Below are positions 1 through 11,602 of a stretch of DNA of 64,000 nt, piece by piece. The stretch is from Octopus vulgaris (Eukaryota): the NCBI GenBank assembly GCA_951406725.2, contig OX597822.1, forward strand, positions 86,924,001 through 86,988,000, in the 5' to 3' direction. Under the pieces are notes generated by a model. It was not told the DNA's origin. It worked only from the letters and a program-made list of their open reading frames with translations, and ran no database searches. A program made the translations under genes and the position numbers. Each line of letters begins with the position of its first letter. Position 1 is the first letter of the stretch.

Positions 1-172
1 ACATTTCGACTAAGAAATAAAGGGGAATTCTCCCCATTTCGATTAGGTTCAAACTTTGTCACCAAATTGTCTGTCAAAATATTAATGATGCTGATAAGAG
101 AGGGAAACTCTTGAGGTTTATTATAAAGTTTTGTGTGTGTGTGTGTGTATACGTGTATGTAGGCGCGCTTGA

Positions 173-173
173 G

Positions 174-266
<93 letters not shown>

Positions 267-271
267 ATCTA

Positions 272-314
<43 letters not shown>
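173..314. repeat. (TATC)n-(TA)n compound microsatellite
   Basis: Direct reading; source of the spurious YLSI/YI ORFs. Confidence 0.97.
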
Positions 315-316
<2 letters not shown>

Positions 317-568
317 GTGTAGAGATAAAAGTTTTAGTAAGCTTGGAATAGATAAACACCGGATTACTGCTCGGAGGGTCTAGGTTCTTCTTAATTAAGA
401 TTAAAGTAATCTCACAAAAACAAAAAAATGGCTATAAGAACTGTAGCAGTTGTAAAAGCCTATCTTGGAATATATTTTTGCTTTTATGACATCTTTTATA
501 AATGAAATATTGTGTGTGTACGTGTGTTTCTATATATATACAATTTCTGTACACTACACATTACATTC

Positions 569-571
<3 letters not shown>

Positions 572-643
<72 letters not shown>

Positions 644-660
644 TATATATAAATATCTAT

Positions 661-726
<66 letters not shown>

Positions 727-770
727 TATATATATACATATATATATGCATATGTATATATATATATATA
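572..770. repeat. (TA)n microsatellite
   Basis: Direct reading, with a few interruptions. Confidence 0.97.
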
Positions 771-1117
771 AAGCTTCAGGATAAAGCATTTGTCGAGTAA
801 AGAGCATAATGTGAAACGAAATAATTGACAAGGGAACAGGAAATTACGTAGTGAATTTACTTCGCTTACACCTGTTTCTGCTATAAGATGCCGTGGATTC
901 AGAGCTGTGTGTTAGTACATCACCTCATAGATTCGTCAGAGCTTCTGATGCACAAGCATTCAGTTTTGAGTCTATGGAAACTCAGCAAATAAAGATATAA
1001 GCTTACGAGGTTCATTGCATAATTTCCTGTTCCTTTGTCAAATTTTTTTTTCCACATTATGCTCTGTACTCGATGATATTCTGAAGCATAAGAATATTAT
1101 TGAGTTCAAGCACCAGG
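771..1117 (-). mobile_element. Fold-back Penelope-like (pLTR-type) non-autonomous element with hammerhead motif
   Basis: Inverted arms 772-855 / 1011-1088; abuts (TA)n; hammerhead core on the minus strand just inside the left arm. Confidence 0.7.
864..942 (-). ncRNA. Minimal type I hammerhead ribozyme motif
   Basis: Minus strand: gcu-CUGACGA-[ucuaugaggugaug...caucuuauagca]-GAAAC-aggu-GUA-agc. Confidence 0.65.
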
Positions 1118-1147
1118 TTTTTAGTATCATTATGCCATTGAGAAATT

Positions 1148-1211
1148 ATGTATGTATGTATGTATGTATGTATGTATGTATGTATGTATGTATGTATGTA
1201 TGTATGTATCG

Positions 1212-1271
<60 letters not shown>

Positions 1272-1287
1272 ACACACACACACACAC
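1148..1287. repeat. (TATG)n, (TA)n, (CA)n microsatellite cluster
   Basis: Direct reading. Confidence 0.95.
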
Positions 1288-1601
1288 TTCTATAAATATA
1301 TATGAACATAAATGAATACATGTATACATGTAATATATTTATATCTATATATATGTATGTAAATCATCGACTGTTGAAGAGGTTGCAAGAAGCAACGAGA
1401 ATTTTAGGAAAACTAAGTAAATGAGTGGAAATCGAACCGGTGAGCGTGTTAATTAAAACAGAACGACTCTCCCCAGACAATAAAATATGTATATAAATAT
1501 ATGCATGCATATATGTATGTATATAAATGTATATGTGCAGGAATTTGAATGTCTTTGAGTAAATGACGTCCGTACGTCAATTTTCCTATTTTTCTTCCTT
1601 T

Positions 1602-1653
<52 letters not shown>

Positions 1654-1989
1654 GTACATATACCTCTCTGTGTTTGTCTTTCTATCTGTATGCACACGCA
1701 CATATGTATGTATGTGCGTGCGTGTCTTCATGGTTCGCTGATTACAAATAAAAAGTTTTCAAACTCGCTTGTTGCTTGTCGAGCAAAAGATTTCACTAGC
1801 AGTTTCTATAGTGTTGGCTTCGTAATATGATGGATACATCATTTCTGTTGAAGAAAACGAATTATACATATTGGCTGTTAGTAGCTTCATGAATTTGCAG
1901 TCTATTTAATCTTAATGAAATAGATACTAACTTGTACATTATAATGGGAAATATTTTTTTTTTACACGAAATTAACCAGAATAAATAAC

Positions 1990-2560
1990 AGAAGAAGCGA
2001 AGTAACATGAATAATTATTTTATCAATTTAGACTTATATAAGTGGTCGAGAGAGAGAGAGAGAGAGGTTTTACGAAAGTTCGTTGAATAATTTAGATTTT
2101 CGTTTGTCGTTCTTTATTTCGAAAGAAAAACAGATCTCATTTTCCGTGTGTTTATAATTCTTTCTTTCTATTTGGTCCGCTGTTTCTAGGACCATTTTCA
2201 TTCTGTGTTTCTTGTTCAGAGTTTTTTTTTTTTAGCTTCCGTTCAGTCGGTTGTAATGAGTTCCGTTCCGAAAGCAGAAACGGCCAAGTTCTTTCTTCTA
2301 TTTATTAGCCACGCTCGGAATATTATAACACGAATTCCAACTATTTTTTTTTGTCTATTTCTTAAAAAAGAAAAGAAAAAAGAAAAAGTGAATAAAATTG
2401 AGAATTGGAAAGAAATTAATGAACATGTAAAAAGTTTCGTATTAACTTCCCTGGAGTTGTGAACTAAAACTGATGCTGGAATCGGTGAAGATAAATTAAC
2501 ATGTGCTCAGATTTAAAAACATGTCCCAAAGAATCGATTAGCGTTTTCATTCCACTTTGT
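1990..2560. promoter_or_regulatory. Candidate promoter / first-exon region
   Basis: Repeat-free, many intact CpGs compared with the CpG-depleted remainder, (GA)n tract at 2048-2066. Inference only. Confidence 0.35.
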
Positions 2561-3373
2561 TGTGTAGCAAATATATTTGGTAATATTTAATAATATTTCA
2601 AAATTTATATTCTAGCACCAACGAAGAATATATATTTCATTCTTCTTTGTATTAATTTTCTTGAAAGGATGTTATTAATATTATTCATATCATATAGATA
2701 TCAATTAACGTTGCATAAGTCCACAGGGAAATGACAAATAGGCAGCAAATAATTTTCGAAACATGTTCTTGGAAGTAGAAGAAGCACTTTATACTTTTCG
2801 CTCTACACCTTACACACACACACACGTAATATACACATACGTATATATATATGTATATGTGTTCATCTTTTCTGTGACTTTGTTAAAGGAGAAAGGGTAT
2901 TAATACACACACGCATACACATCTTATAACGTCTGTGTTCCATGATGGCATGGGTTAGACACACACGTACTTTTCCGTGACTTTGTTAAAGTAGAAAGAG
3001 TATAAAGCACACACACACTCACACACGCATGCACACGCGTGCGCGCACACACATATATAGGAAGAGAGAGAGAGAGAGGTCCATGTTCCATATTAGAATA
3101 TATCGCTTGGAATTTGAAAGGAACCGATGTGTCCAAGGACTATCATACAGCAGCTGACTGTTTCGGCATGGTTTCTATGGCTGGATGCCCTTACTAATGC
3201 CAACCACTTTACAGAGTGAGCTGGGTACTTTATACATGACACCAGCACAGTTAAGATCACCATGCAGCTGGTAGGACAACAAACCCAGAGGAAGGTGGGG
3301 GTCGACTTTATGCTCGAAATCCTTAGAAAGTGTAAGTTGTCTTATTCAAGCATGAGCTGACTTCCACCATACA

Positions 3374-3409
<36 letters not shown>

Positions 3410-3411
<2 letters not shown>

Positions 3412-3523
3412 ACGTTCACGACCAACCAGGCTATCAGATGTTGCTACACATCGCTGGTCACAATGCACTTCACATTCTTTTAGCCTTCAAATGACGCCAC
3501 CCTGCTGGCTAAGCGAGCAGGCC
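3410..3523 (-). mobile_element. 3' fragment of SINE family E
   Basis: Reverse complement matches 41720-41832 of the full-length SINE. Confidence 0.85.
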
Positions 3524-3750
3524 ATATATATATATTTGTATGTATGTATATGTGTGTGTGTGTGTCTATCTATCTATCTATGTGTGTGTATATATATGTA
3601 TATATAAGTATATATGTATGTATGGATGTATATATCTATATATCTAAATATAAATGGACAACAAAACCAAGGCAAGATGAGTATCTCAGTCATTTAAAAT
3701 ATTTAATTAGAGTAAGGTGAATCAAAACACGGAGATGTAGAATTGATTAA

Positions 3751-3828
3751 TGTCTTACCTCAGTTTCTGGGACATCCCGGGTGAGGGGTCAGCATCTCCA
3801 TACACTGGGTATTCCGTCATCAGAGACA
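3751..3828 (-). ncRNA. Type I hammerhead ribozyme, intact core
   Basis: Minus: ugucu-CUGAUGA-cggaauaccc...gggauguccca-GAAAC-ugag-GUA-agaca; 5-bp stem I. Confidence 0.8.
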
Positions 3829-3923
3829 AGGAGTGTTTGCAGGAAAGATCCAGACACAGACTACTGTTTTATTCTTCTATCTACTGGGAATTTTCTGTCT
3901 GGAACTTTCCTGCATACACACCT

Positions 3924-4001
3924 TGTCTTTGATGATGGAATACCCACTGTATGGAGATGTCGACCCATCATGTGGGATATCCCAGAAACAGTTGTAAGAC
4001 A
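3924..4001 (+). ncRNA. Type I hammerhead ribozyme, C3U-mutated copy
   Basis: Plus: ugucu-UUGAUGA-uggaauaccca...ugggauauccca-GAAAC-aguu-GUA-agaca. Confidence 0.7.
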
Positions 4002-4341
4002 CTAATCAATTCTGCATCTCTGTTTTTTGATTCACCTTACTCTAATTAAATATTCTAAATGACCTGAAATACTTGTCTTGCCTTGGTTTCGTTGTCCAAG
4101 CCAACTACGGATCCTGAGCTCCAGCCTCAGCTGTGAACTTTGAACCTAACATGTGACCAATTATTGCACTTATGCAGTGTACCTATTCATTTATATATAT
4201 ATATATATATAAATTTTATATATATATATATATATATAAATATGAGGAGTTTAGTTCACTGATGATCTAAACGAATAAGTACACTGCATAAATACATTTA
4301 CATACATACATACATATGTCTCTCTCTCTCTCTCTATCTCT

Positions 4342-4392
<51 letters not shown>

Positions 4393-4530
4393 GTTTGGGG
4401 ATGGTCATGTTGCCAGGTTTAGTCAATAAAAACACATGCACTATATATTTGGTGTTCATTTGCTTCAGCTTCATTTAATATTAATTGTATTTCGTCCAGA
4501 GTTCTTTCATCACACTTCTGTGACCTCATT

Positions 4531-4619
<89 letters not shown>

Positions 4620-4643
4620 GACATACATGTATGTATATGTATA

Positions 4644-4984
4644 CATCATCATCATCATTTAACGTCTGTATGGGGTGGAAGGTTTGACCGCAGGTGGTAA
4701 GGCCAGGAACTGCATAAAGCTCCATTGTCTGTTCTGACATGGTTTCCATATCTGGATGTTCTTCCTAATGTCAACCCCTCCACAGAGTGTACAGGGTGTT
4801 TTTTATGTGGCACCAGCACCAGTGCTATCAATGTGGCCCCAGCATGAGTGCTTTTCACATAGCACCAGCACTGGTATCAATTCTTCTGTGGTGGACAGGT
4901 CTTCATGAGTCCAGCAATGTGCCACACATCTCGCCTTAGTCATTTATCTGGTGCATTGCTGTATTCATGAAGACCCATCCGTAC

Positions 4985-5034
<50 letters not shown>

Positions 5035-5410
5035 TCATCATCATCATTAAACGTCTGTTGTCTATGCTGGCATGGGTTGGACGGTTTGACCAGGGCTGGT
5101 AAACTGGAAGGCTGCACCAGACTCCAGTTTGATTTGGCATGGTTTTCTATGGCTGGATGCCCTTCCTAACACCAATCACCTCAAGAGTGTAATGGGTGCT
5201 TTTACGTGCCACTGGCTCGGTTCCCATTTACGTGACACCAGTATCTGTCATGACTGCAATTTTGCTGTTTGATGGGTCTTCTTCTCAAGCACGACATAAT
5301 GCCAAAGATCTCAGTCAATGCCTCTGTGAGGCCCAATGCTTGAAAGGAACTCAGCTAGTTTGAGGCCCAACGCTTGAAAGGAACTTGGCCACTTTGCCTT
5401 TGTGAGGCCC
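4644..5410 (-). mobile_element. Two RTE LINE 3'-end fragments with (GAT)n tails, separated by (TA)n
   Basis: (CAT)n-tt(t/a)aacgtctg...ggatg..cttcctaa motif shared with the 3' ends of ORF-bearing RTE copies at 19.2, 29.9 and 38.1 kb. Confidence 0.85.
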
Positions 5411-5584
5411 CTTTATATATACATATATATACTATTCTATATTTTTGAGATGAGGAACTATGTACATCATTTTCATAATATACATGTCATTTTTTTTCTG
5501 TTGATATTATTTCCCAAGTCTCTGCACATATGTTAGGACACAATAACCTAGCAGACCTAGTGCAGATATGAGTGTAATATGGGA

Positions 5585-5860
5585 ACCAGTATTAAGAAAA
5601 GATAAAATATTAGGTTTATAAGCCCAAAACATTCACAACGGGCATATAGTGTAGTGGATAAGAGTGTGGGCTACTGACCCTTCGATTCTCAGTTCAATCT
5701 TGGGAAATACTATCAACAGAAAAAAGCTACAGCAGCAATAAAGAATACCTTAGGAATGAGAATAGGGTTGGGTTCGAAATTCCACCAGAACACCTGATGA
5801 AGGCTGGAGAATACATCAGCTAAAATGTAACAACAAACAAGGTGAGGCACCTATCTGTCC
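5585..5860 (+). mobile_element. tRNA-head element with hammerhead-like tail (copy 1)
   Basis: A/B-box-like head 5640-5705; CTGATGA-aggctg..cagct-AAAA at 5794-5825; homologous to 32120-32430. Confidence 0.7.
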
Positions 5861-5865
5861 ATATG

Positions 5866-5980
5866 GTTGGCGTTAGGAAGGGCATCTAGCTGTAGAAACT
5901 CTGCCAGATCAGACCTCAGTCAAATCGTCCAACCCATGCTAGCATGGAAAGCGGATGTTAAATGATGATGATGATGATGA
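5866..5980 (+). mobile_element. RTE 3'-end fragment
   Basis: ggttggcgttaggaagggcatc...ccatgctagcatggaaagcgga..(GAT)n. Confidence 0.85.
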
Positions 5981-6024
5981 TATATATACATACATGCACA
6001 TGTATGTCTGTATATGTTTACATG

Positions 6025-6352
6025 TAAAAGTAAAGACCCCCTTAGGAATTGCGCCTAGAAAGTTCCCCTCTGAGGCACAAGTCCAGGCAAGGTTGTTTAT
6101 GGAAGACCAGCAGATGCCCATGCATACCAGCCTCCCCTCTCCACACCACTGATGTTATCCAAGGGAAAGGCAAAGGGGTCGATACAGCTTGGCACCAGTG
6201 ACGTTGCAACTCATTTCTACAGCTGAGTGAACTGGAGCAATGTGAAATAAGGTGTCTTGCTCAAGAACATAATACACAGCCTGGTTCAGAAATTGAACTC
6301 ACTACCTCATGATTGTGAGCTCGATGCTCTAACCACTGAGCCATGTGCCTTC
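6025..6352 (-). mobile_element. tRNA-derived SINE family B
   Basis: Head ggctcagtggttagagc..gagttcaattt; ttgagcaagacac core; homologous to 11789-12125. Confidence 0.85.
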
Positions 6353-6480
6353 ACTTGTATATATGTGTATGTATATTTTTATGTATGTATATCATCTTCA
6401 TCATTTAACATGCATTATGCTTATATGTATAATTTTATATATGTGCATATATATATATATGTACATGTATTATTTACGTG

Positions 6481-6512
<32 letters not shown>

Positions 6513-6851
6513 TATTATATATATATATATGTATGTATATACATATATATATAACTGCATTTATTTATTTATATATGCATATATATGAATGGTATTTATT
6601 TATATATATGTATATGTGTATATATATATATATATATCACTTCAAAAAATAAGTATTGAGGGGGCAATTTGTTTGGCTGAAATTCTTCATGGTGGTGCTC
6701 CAGCATGGCCACAGTCTAATGACTGAAACAAATAAAAGATATATATATATATCAATCTGTGTATCCTACTTAAAGCAGATATATCTTTGAAAGGCCAATT
6801 ACCTGCAGTATTTGTCTGGAAATAATATACCTTATGAACATACTGTCTTCA

Positions 6852-7068
6852 CCCTTTAGTGTTCAGATTTCTCTGTCAAATCTAATACATGTTTATTCAC
6901 TTTGTTTTGAATTAAGCATGCATTATCTTGTAATTTCAAAATTTTGGTGATATAGTTTTTTTTTACACTAACAGTGTAGGATAGGTGTGAGAGGCAGGCC
7001 CTGACCAGTTTGAATATAAAGCAATTTGAATATTTTGGACGGATATGGCCGGTTTAAATACTGAAAGG
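6852..7068. mobile_element. piggyBac-like MITE
   Basis: Imperfect TIRs ccctttagtgttca / taaatactgaaagg flanked by TTCA and TTAA. Confidence 0.55.
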
Positions 7069-7896
7069 TTAAATAATGCAGAGAAATATGTCAGCAGTAG
7101 ATGAAAAATCTTGTAGCAGTGATAGTGGTATTGCTAAATGTGCATTTTTGTCTCTTTGAGCTTCATCAGTTGCAAGTATCCATTGGCAACCACATGCGAA
7201 GGCAAAATCCACTGTGACAAATATAGTAAAACAGTAATAAAATATGCATTTTCCATGGTGGCATGGGTTGGATGGTTTGACAGGTAGTGTTCGGTCAGAG
7301 GACTGCACCAAGCTCCAATGTCTGCTTTGAAATGATTTCAAAGGCTGGATAACTTTCCTAACACCAACCACTTTTCAAAGTGTACCAGTTTTCTTTTTTG
7401 TTTTTTTTTTCCTTGGGTACCAACACTAGTGAATTCACCAAGTCTTTTGCAAGACAGGACCCTTCAACTGAGAGATGCACTATTGAGGAAGGTGCCTTTT
7501 TGTCAGGTGTTGAGAGGCTAAAATATGGAGGTGACAGGAACAGGTGTCTTTCAGAAGGAGATACATTGGTACTCTAGCTGGTAAAAGGGAGATGAGGGTG
7601 AAGAAGTGTTAGGGCATACCCTCAGATGACAATAAGGTGGGCATAAGAGAAGTGGTCCAAGGGATTGGAGAGGGTGAATGGGTAGGTATGTTTGTGGGTG
7701 TTGAAGGGAAGTGAGAGGTGGATAAAGCAATGAAGAGTGAAGATGTGTAGGGGTGTGGTCAGTTATGAATATCAGTTGGATGGGAAGGTAGAGGAAGTAG
7801 GTGTGGGTTAGGGAGGTGATAGGCAGCAGTACAGATGATGTGAAGTGTTTTGGGACGAGGTACAAGACAGATGCATACATACATACATACATGCAT

Positions 7897-8225
7897 GTGA
7901 AGGCGTGTGGCTTAGTGCTTAGGGTATTTGGCTTGTAATCGTAGGGTCGTGAGTTCAATTCCTGGTGGCAGATTGTGTCCTTGAGCAAGACACTTTATTT
8001 CATGGTGCTCCAGTTCACTCAGCTGGCAAAAATGTGTAGTACCTGTATTTTAAGGGGCCAGCTTTTTAACACTCTGTATCATGCTGAATCCCCCTAAGAA
8101 ATATGTAAAAGGGGTACATATGCATGTCTGTGGAGTGCTTAGCCATTTGCACATTAATCTCACAACCAAGCTGTTCTGTTGATCGTATCAGTTGGGACAC
8201 TTGTTGTCGTAACTGATAGAGTGCT
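7897..8225 (+). mobile_element. tRNA-derived SINE family B'
   Basis: Same head/core as family B with a different tail; homologous copies at 29455 and 55727. Confidence 0.85.
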
Positions 8226-8282
8226 TCCTTTTTTCTTTGTATGTATGTATGTATGTACGTACGTATATATATATATATGTAT

Positions 8283-8800
8283 GGTTATGTTGTAAGACGT
8301 TTGCTTCACAACCACATGGTTCTGGGTTCAGCCCCACTGTGTGGATCCTTGGGCAAGTGTCTTCTATTATAGCATTGCACTAACCAAACCTTTGTGAGTG
8401 GATTTTGTTGACAGAAATTGAAAGAAGCTTGTGTGTGTGTGTGTGTGTGTGTGTATAAGAAAATGAGATGATAAAGGAACAAATGATTATCTAATGAACT
8501 TCATTAATTAACCTGGTGTAGAACTCAGTAAACTTATGCTTCAGGAGGAAGTGTTAGTCAAGTACAGAATGTAATAAGGAGAATGACAAACAAATAAACA
8601 ATTATCTTATGAGCTTCACTAGCTCTACACCAGTTTATTAGCCCCACCATACCTAAGCCAAATGTGTGTGTGTGCCTTTGTATTTATCTCCCATTACTAC
8701 TTGATAAGTGCTGTTGGTTTGTTTACATTCCTGTAACTTAGCCATTCAGCAAAAGAGACTGTCAGAAAAAGTACCTGACTTTCAAAAATAAGTAGTGGCA
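8283..8800 (+). mobile_element. SINE family A interrupted by a fold-back insertion in its (TG)n tract
   Basis: Head 8283-8430 and tail 8665-8800 match family A; 8455-8660 is foreign. Confidence 0.7.
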
Positions 8801-8879
8801 TTAATAAAGATATTAGAAAAAAAACTATTTATTTTCATAGACTTTGATACATTCTTAAATACATGTAGCAGCAAAATGT

Positions 8880-9470
8880 GATTTAAAAAAAAATGTTTTC
8901 AGCCTTGATTATTGCCTGGATATGGCTTCTGAAATGACTGAATGCATTGGTTAAGTGATATATATTCATGTTGGCCATAATGTCCCCAATAGCAGCCATC
9001 AACAAGTCCTTGATATTGTAGCTATGCTTGTTGGTCTCCTTCTCAATGGTACCCAACATGTAGTAGTCGAGGGGTTTTAAACCAGGAGAGCTAGGAGGCT
9101 AATTTTCTGCCATACCCTCATGTGTCATTCAAGTTGTGTAAGAGGGAGCAGAAGATGTACAGCCTCCTCCAAATGACCATCTGGATCCAGGGCTTGACAA
9201 CCATTTTCATTATCTCAATGTAGGCTGCTGTATTGACCCTAAGATCTTGCATGAAAACATGAGGCGCTATGATATGGCCCTCACTGTTGGGAACTTGATG
9301 TGTATAACAGTGAGGACTTTACTGTAGCTGGCACGGAACCATCTGTCATTCCTCCTGTTCACTTTTTGATTTTGGACAAAGTTCTTCTCATCTGAGAATA
9401 ATCAGAGCTTGTTAGCACCGCCTGAGAGTTTGAGTTTGCTCAGCACCTAAATTGGATCATAACTTTTTGG
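8880..9470 (-). mobile_element. Decayed Tc1/mariner (maT/DD37D-like) transposase
   Basis: Minus-strand translation LFSDEKNFVQNQKVNRRNDRWF ... VVKPWI ... PPSSPGLKPLDYY..GTIEKETNKH. Confidence 0.8.
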
Positions 9471-9484
9471 CATGAACTGATAAT

Positions 9485-11405
9485 CTGTTTCTTGTGTGTC
9501 CCTAATGTTTATTGCTTCTGCACATGTCTTCCAAATACAAACACTACTTTCTCTTAATCTTCCTGTGATTCTACTACACCCCTTGTGTGTCCGTAGCTTG
9601 CACTGGGTACTCTATGAAATTTCTGCCTACATCTTTCCTACATATTGAGCAGCGTCATTTACCTGAAGGGATAGCGTCCTCTCTGTTTTCCTGCTTATTG
9701 GAACATAGGTCTTTGCTAAGTTAGTTTTAAGGCTCTTCGATTCCAAGTTTTGCTTTCACACCAAGAATTTCTATTCTAATTCTATTATAGATCCTGCTAT
9801 GAGAATGAGGTAATTGACATATAATAGTTCTCAAGAGCAGCTGGTCTTAAATTCCTGTTATAGTCTGAAGGACAATGATGAATAGGAGTGGACTGAGAAC
9901 CAAGCCCTGGTGAACTTCTACCTATACCCTAAATTAATCACTGTACTCATGGCTAACTCTCACCTCACTGACTGCACCCTGTACATGGCTTGAATGGCAT
10001 TCACAAGCCGTTTGTCTTCTTCTAGCTTCTTCAGAGACCACCAGATAACAGAACAAAGGACTGCGTTAAGAGCTTTCTCCAGATCAACAAATGCCAAGTA
10101 CAATGGCTTACTTCTAGCTAAATACTTCTCCTGTAGACTAAGAAGATGACATCAATAGCCCTCTGCATCCCTCTCACATGAAGCAAAGCTGCATCACATC
10201 TTGTCTAATTCTGTTCTTCATTAAGAGGGTTATAACTCTCTCTGTAACTTCCACCTGGTCCTGCAATTTGATACCTCTCTAATTACTTTCTCTCCTGGCA
10301 TCTCTTTTACCCTTGTAACAATTGACTATAATGCTGCTATACCACTCATTGGGTATGACACTTTCCTGTACAACCTGATTAACTATACAGGGGACTAGGC
10401 TGTGTGCTACTCTGCCGGATATTTTAAGCATTTCACTGATGATTCTTGATGGACCAGGGACTTTCCCATTCTTCATATCCTTAATTACCTTAACTATCAT
10501 ACTGCTGCTAACTAGGATAGCTTCTCCTTCCATTGGGTTCACATTGGGAAGACTTTCCTTTCTTCATATTTAATTGCCTTTCATTGTAGCACTTTCATGC
10601 CTCTTTCTTTCCAGAATCACTAAAAGTGCAAGTGTACCTTTATCCTTCCACACATTCACTTCTCTCCTACAACATCTTGATTCTCACTTATAGACTGTCT
10701 TGCGATCCAGAACATCTCATGCTTCTGATTTTCATGCTGTAAGACATTGGCAAACCACTTCCTTCCTGCTCCTACTCCTTACTAGATAAACACATTCATT
10801 AGCTTCCCTTCCTGGCCACCTGATATACCACTTTAATTTTCCAACACTTGCTAAACCTGTCCGTTCACTTTGAGGGCCCTGTCCACCTCACTGTTCCACC
10901 ACTGTGTCAACCTTGGTCTGGCTGGAATTTTGACCCAACTTCATATTGTACCCCTTAATAGGTTGTCTCATAAGAACTTCCAGTATTTCTCTATGTTATC
11001 TCTCTCTCTCTCTTCCTTCTCATCAAATACTTCAGTTAGAACTTCTCTAAACTTCTGATTGTTTACTGAATCATTAAGCTTCCATATTCTCCTTTTCCAG
11101 ACTGGCTTGTATCTCTGAATCTTTCTAAACCTAAGTCTGAAGTTAACACTAAACTCTGTTGAGTTGTACATTCTGCACCATGGAAGGACTTTGCATTTAC
11201 AAGCATCTGCCTGTCCTTGTTTCTGATGAAAATATGGCCAATCTGGCTTGTGTACCTACTAGATTAACTAGATTAACAGTGGCTGGCTGGCTGGTTTGCT
11301 GCAGTTAGTGTTGCAGATCAGCAAATCATTTGCATTATGGACTTCTAGCAGCCTTCTTCTTTGTTCTCTCCTCATTTCTGAAACCAGAGTCATAAGTATA
11401 CCATC
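9485..11405 (-). mobile_element. Decayed RTE-clade LINE (endonuclease-RT region)
   Basis: KYLARSKPLYLAFVDLEKA, MKNGKVPGPSRIISEMLK, LSPLLFIIVLQ, with frameshifts and stops. Confidence 0.9.
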
Positions 11406-11479
11406 AAGTCCACTGGACTCTTACCCAAAATGACACATTGAAGTTACCAACCGTGATAATAGGGCGAGTGTGCCTGTGT

Positions 11480-11537
11480 ATACATACATACATACATACA
11501 TACATACATACATACATACATACATACATACATACAT

Positions 11538-11601
<64 letters not shown>
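11480..11601. repeat. (TACA)n-(CA)n microsatellite
   Basis: Direct reading. Confidence 0.97.

Positions 11602-11602
<1 letters not shown>

Larger units (their letters stand above)
3656..4097. mobile_element. Long palindromic element, two head-to-head hammerhead-bearing arms
   Basis: Arms ~3656-3860 and ~3891-4097 are reverse complements with a ~30 bp spacer. Confidence 0.85.

Noticed and set aside
111-1751. ORFs rich in YI/CV/YLSI/HT repeats (also at many later positions)
   Set aside because: They are translations of stop-free microsatellites, not genes.
5640-5705. tRNA gene (also the heads of SINE families A, B and E)
   Set aside because: No complete cloverleaf or acceptor stem; these are repeat heads.
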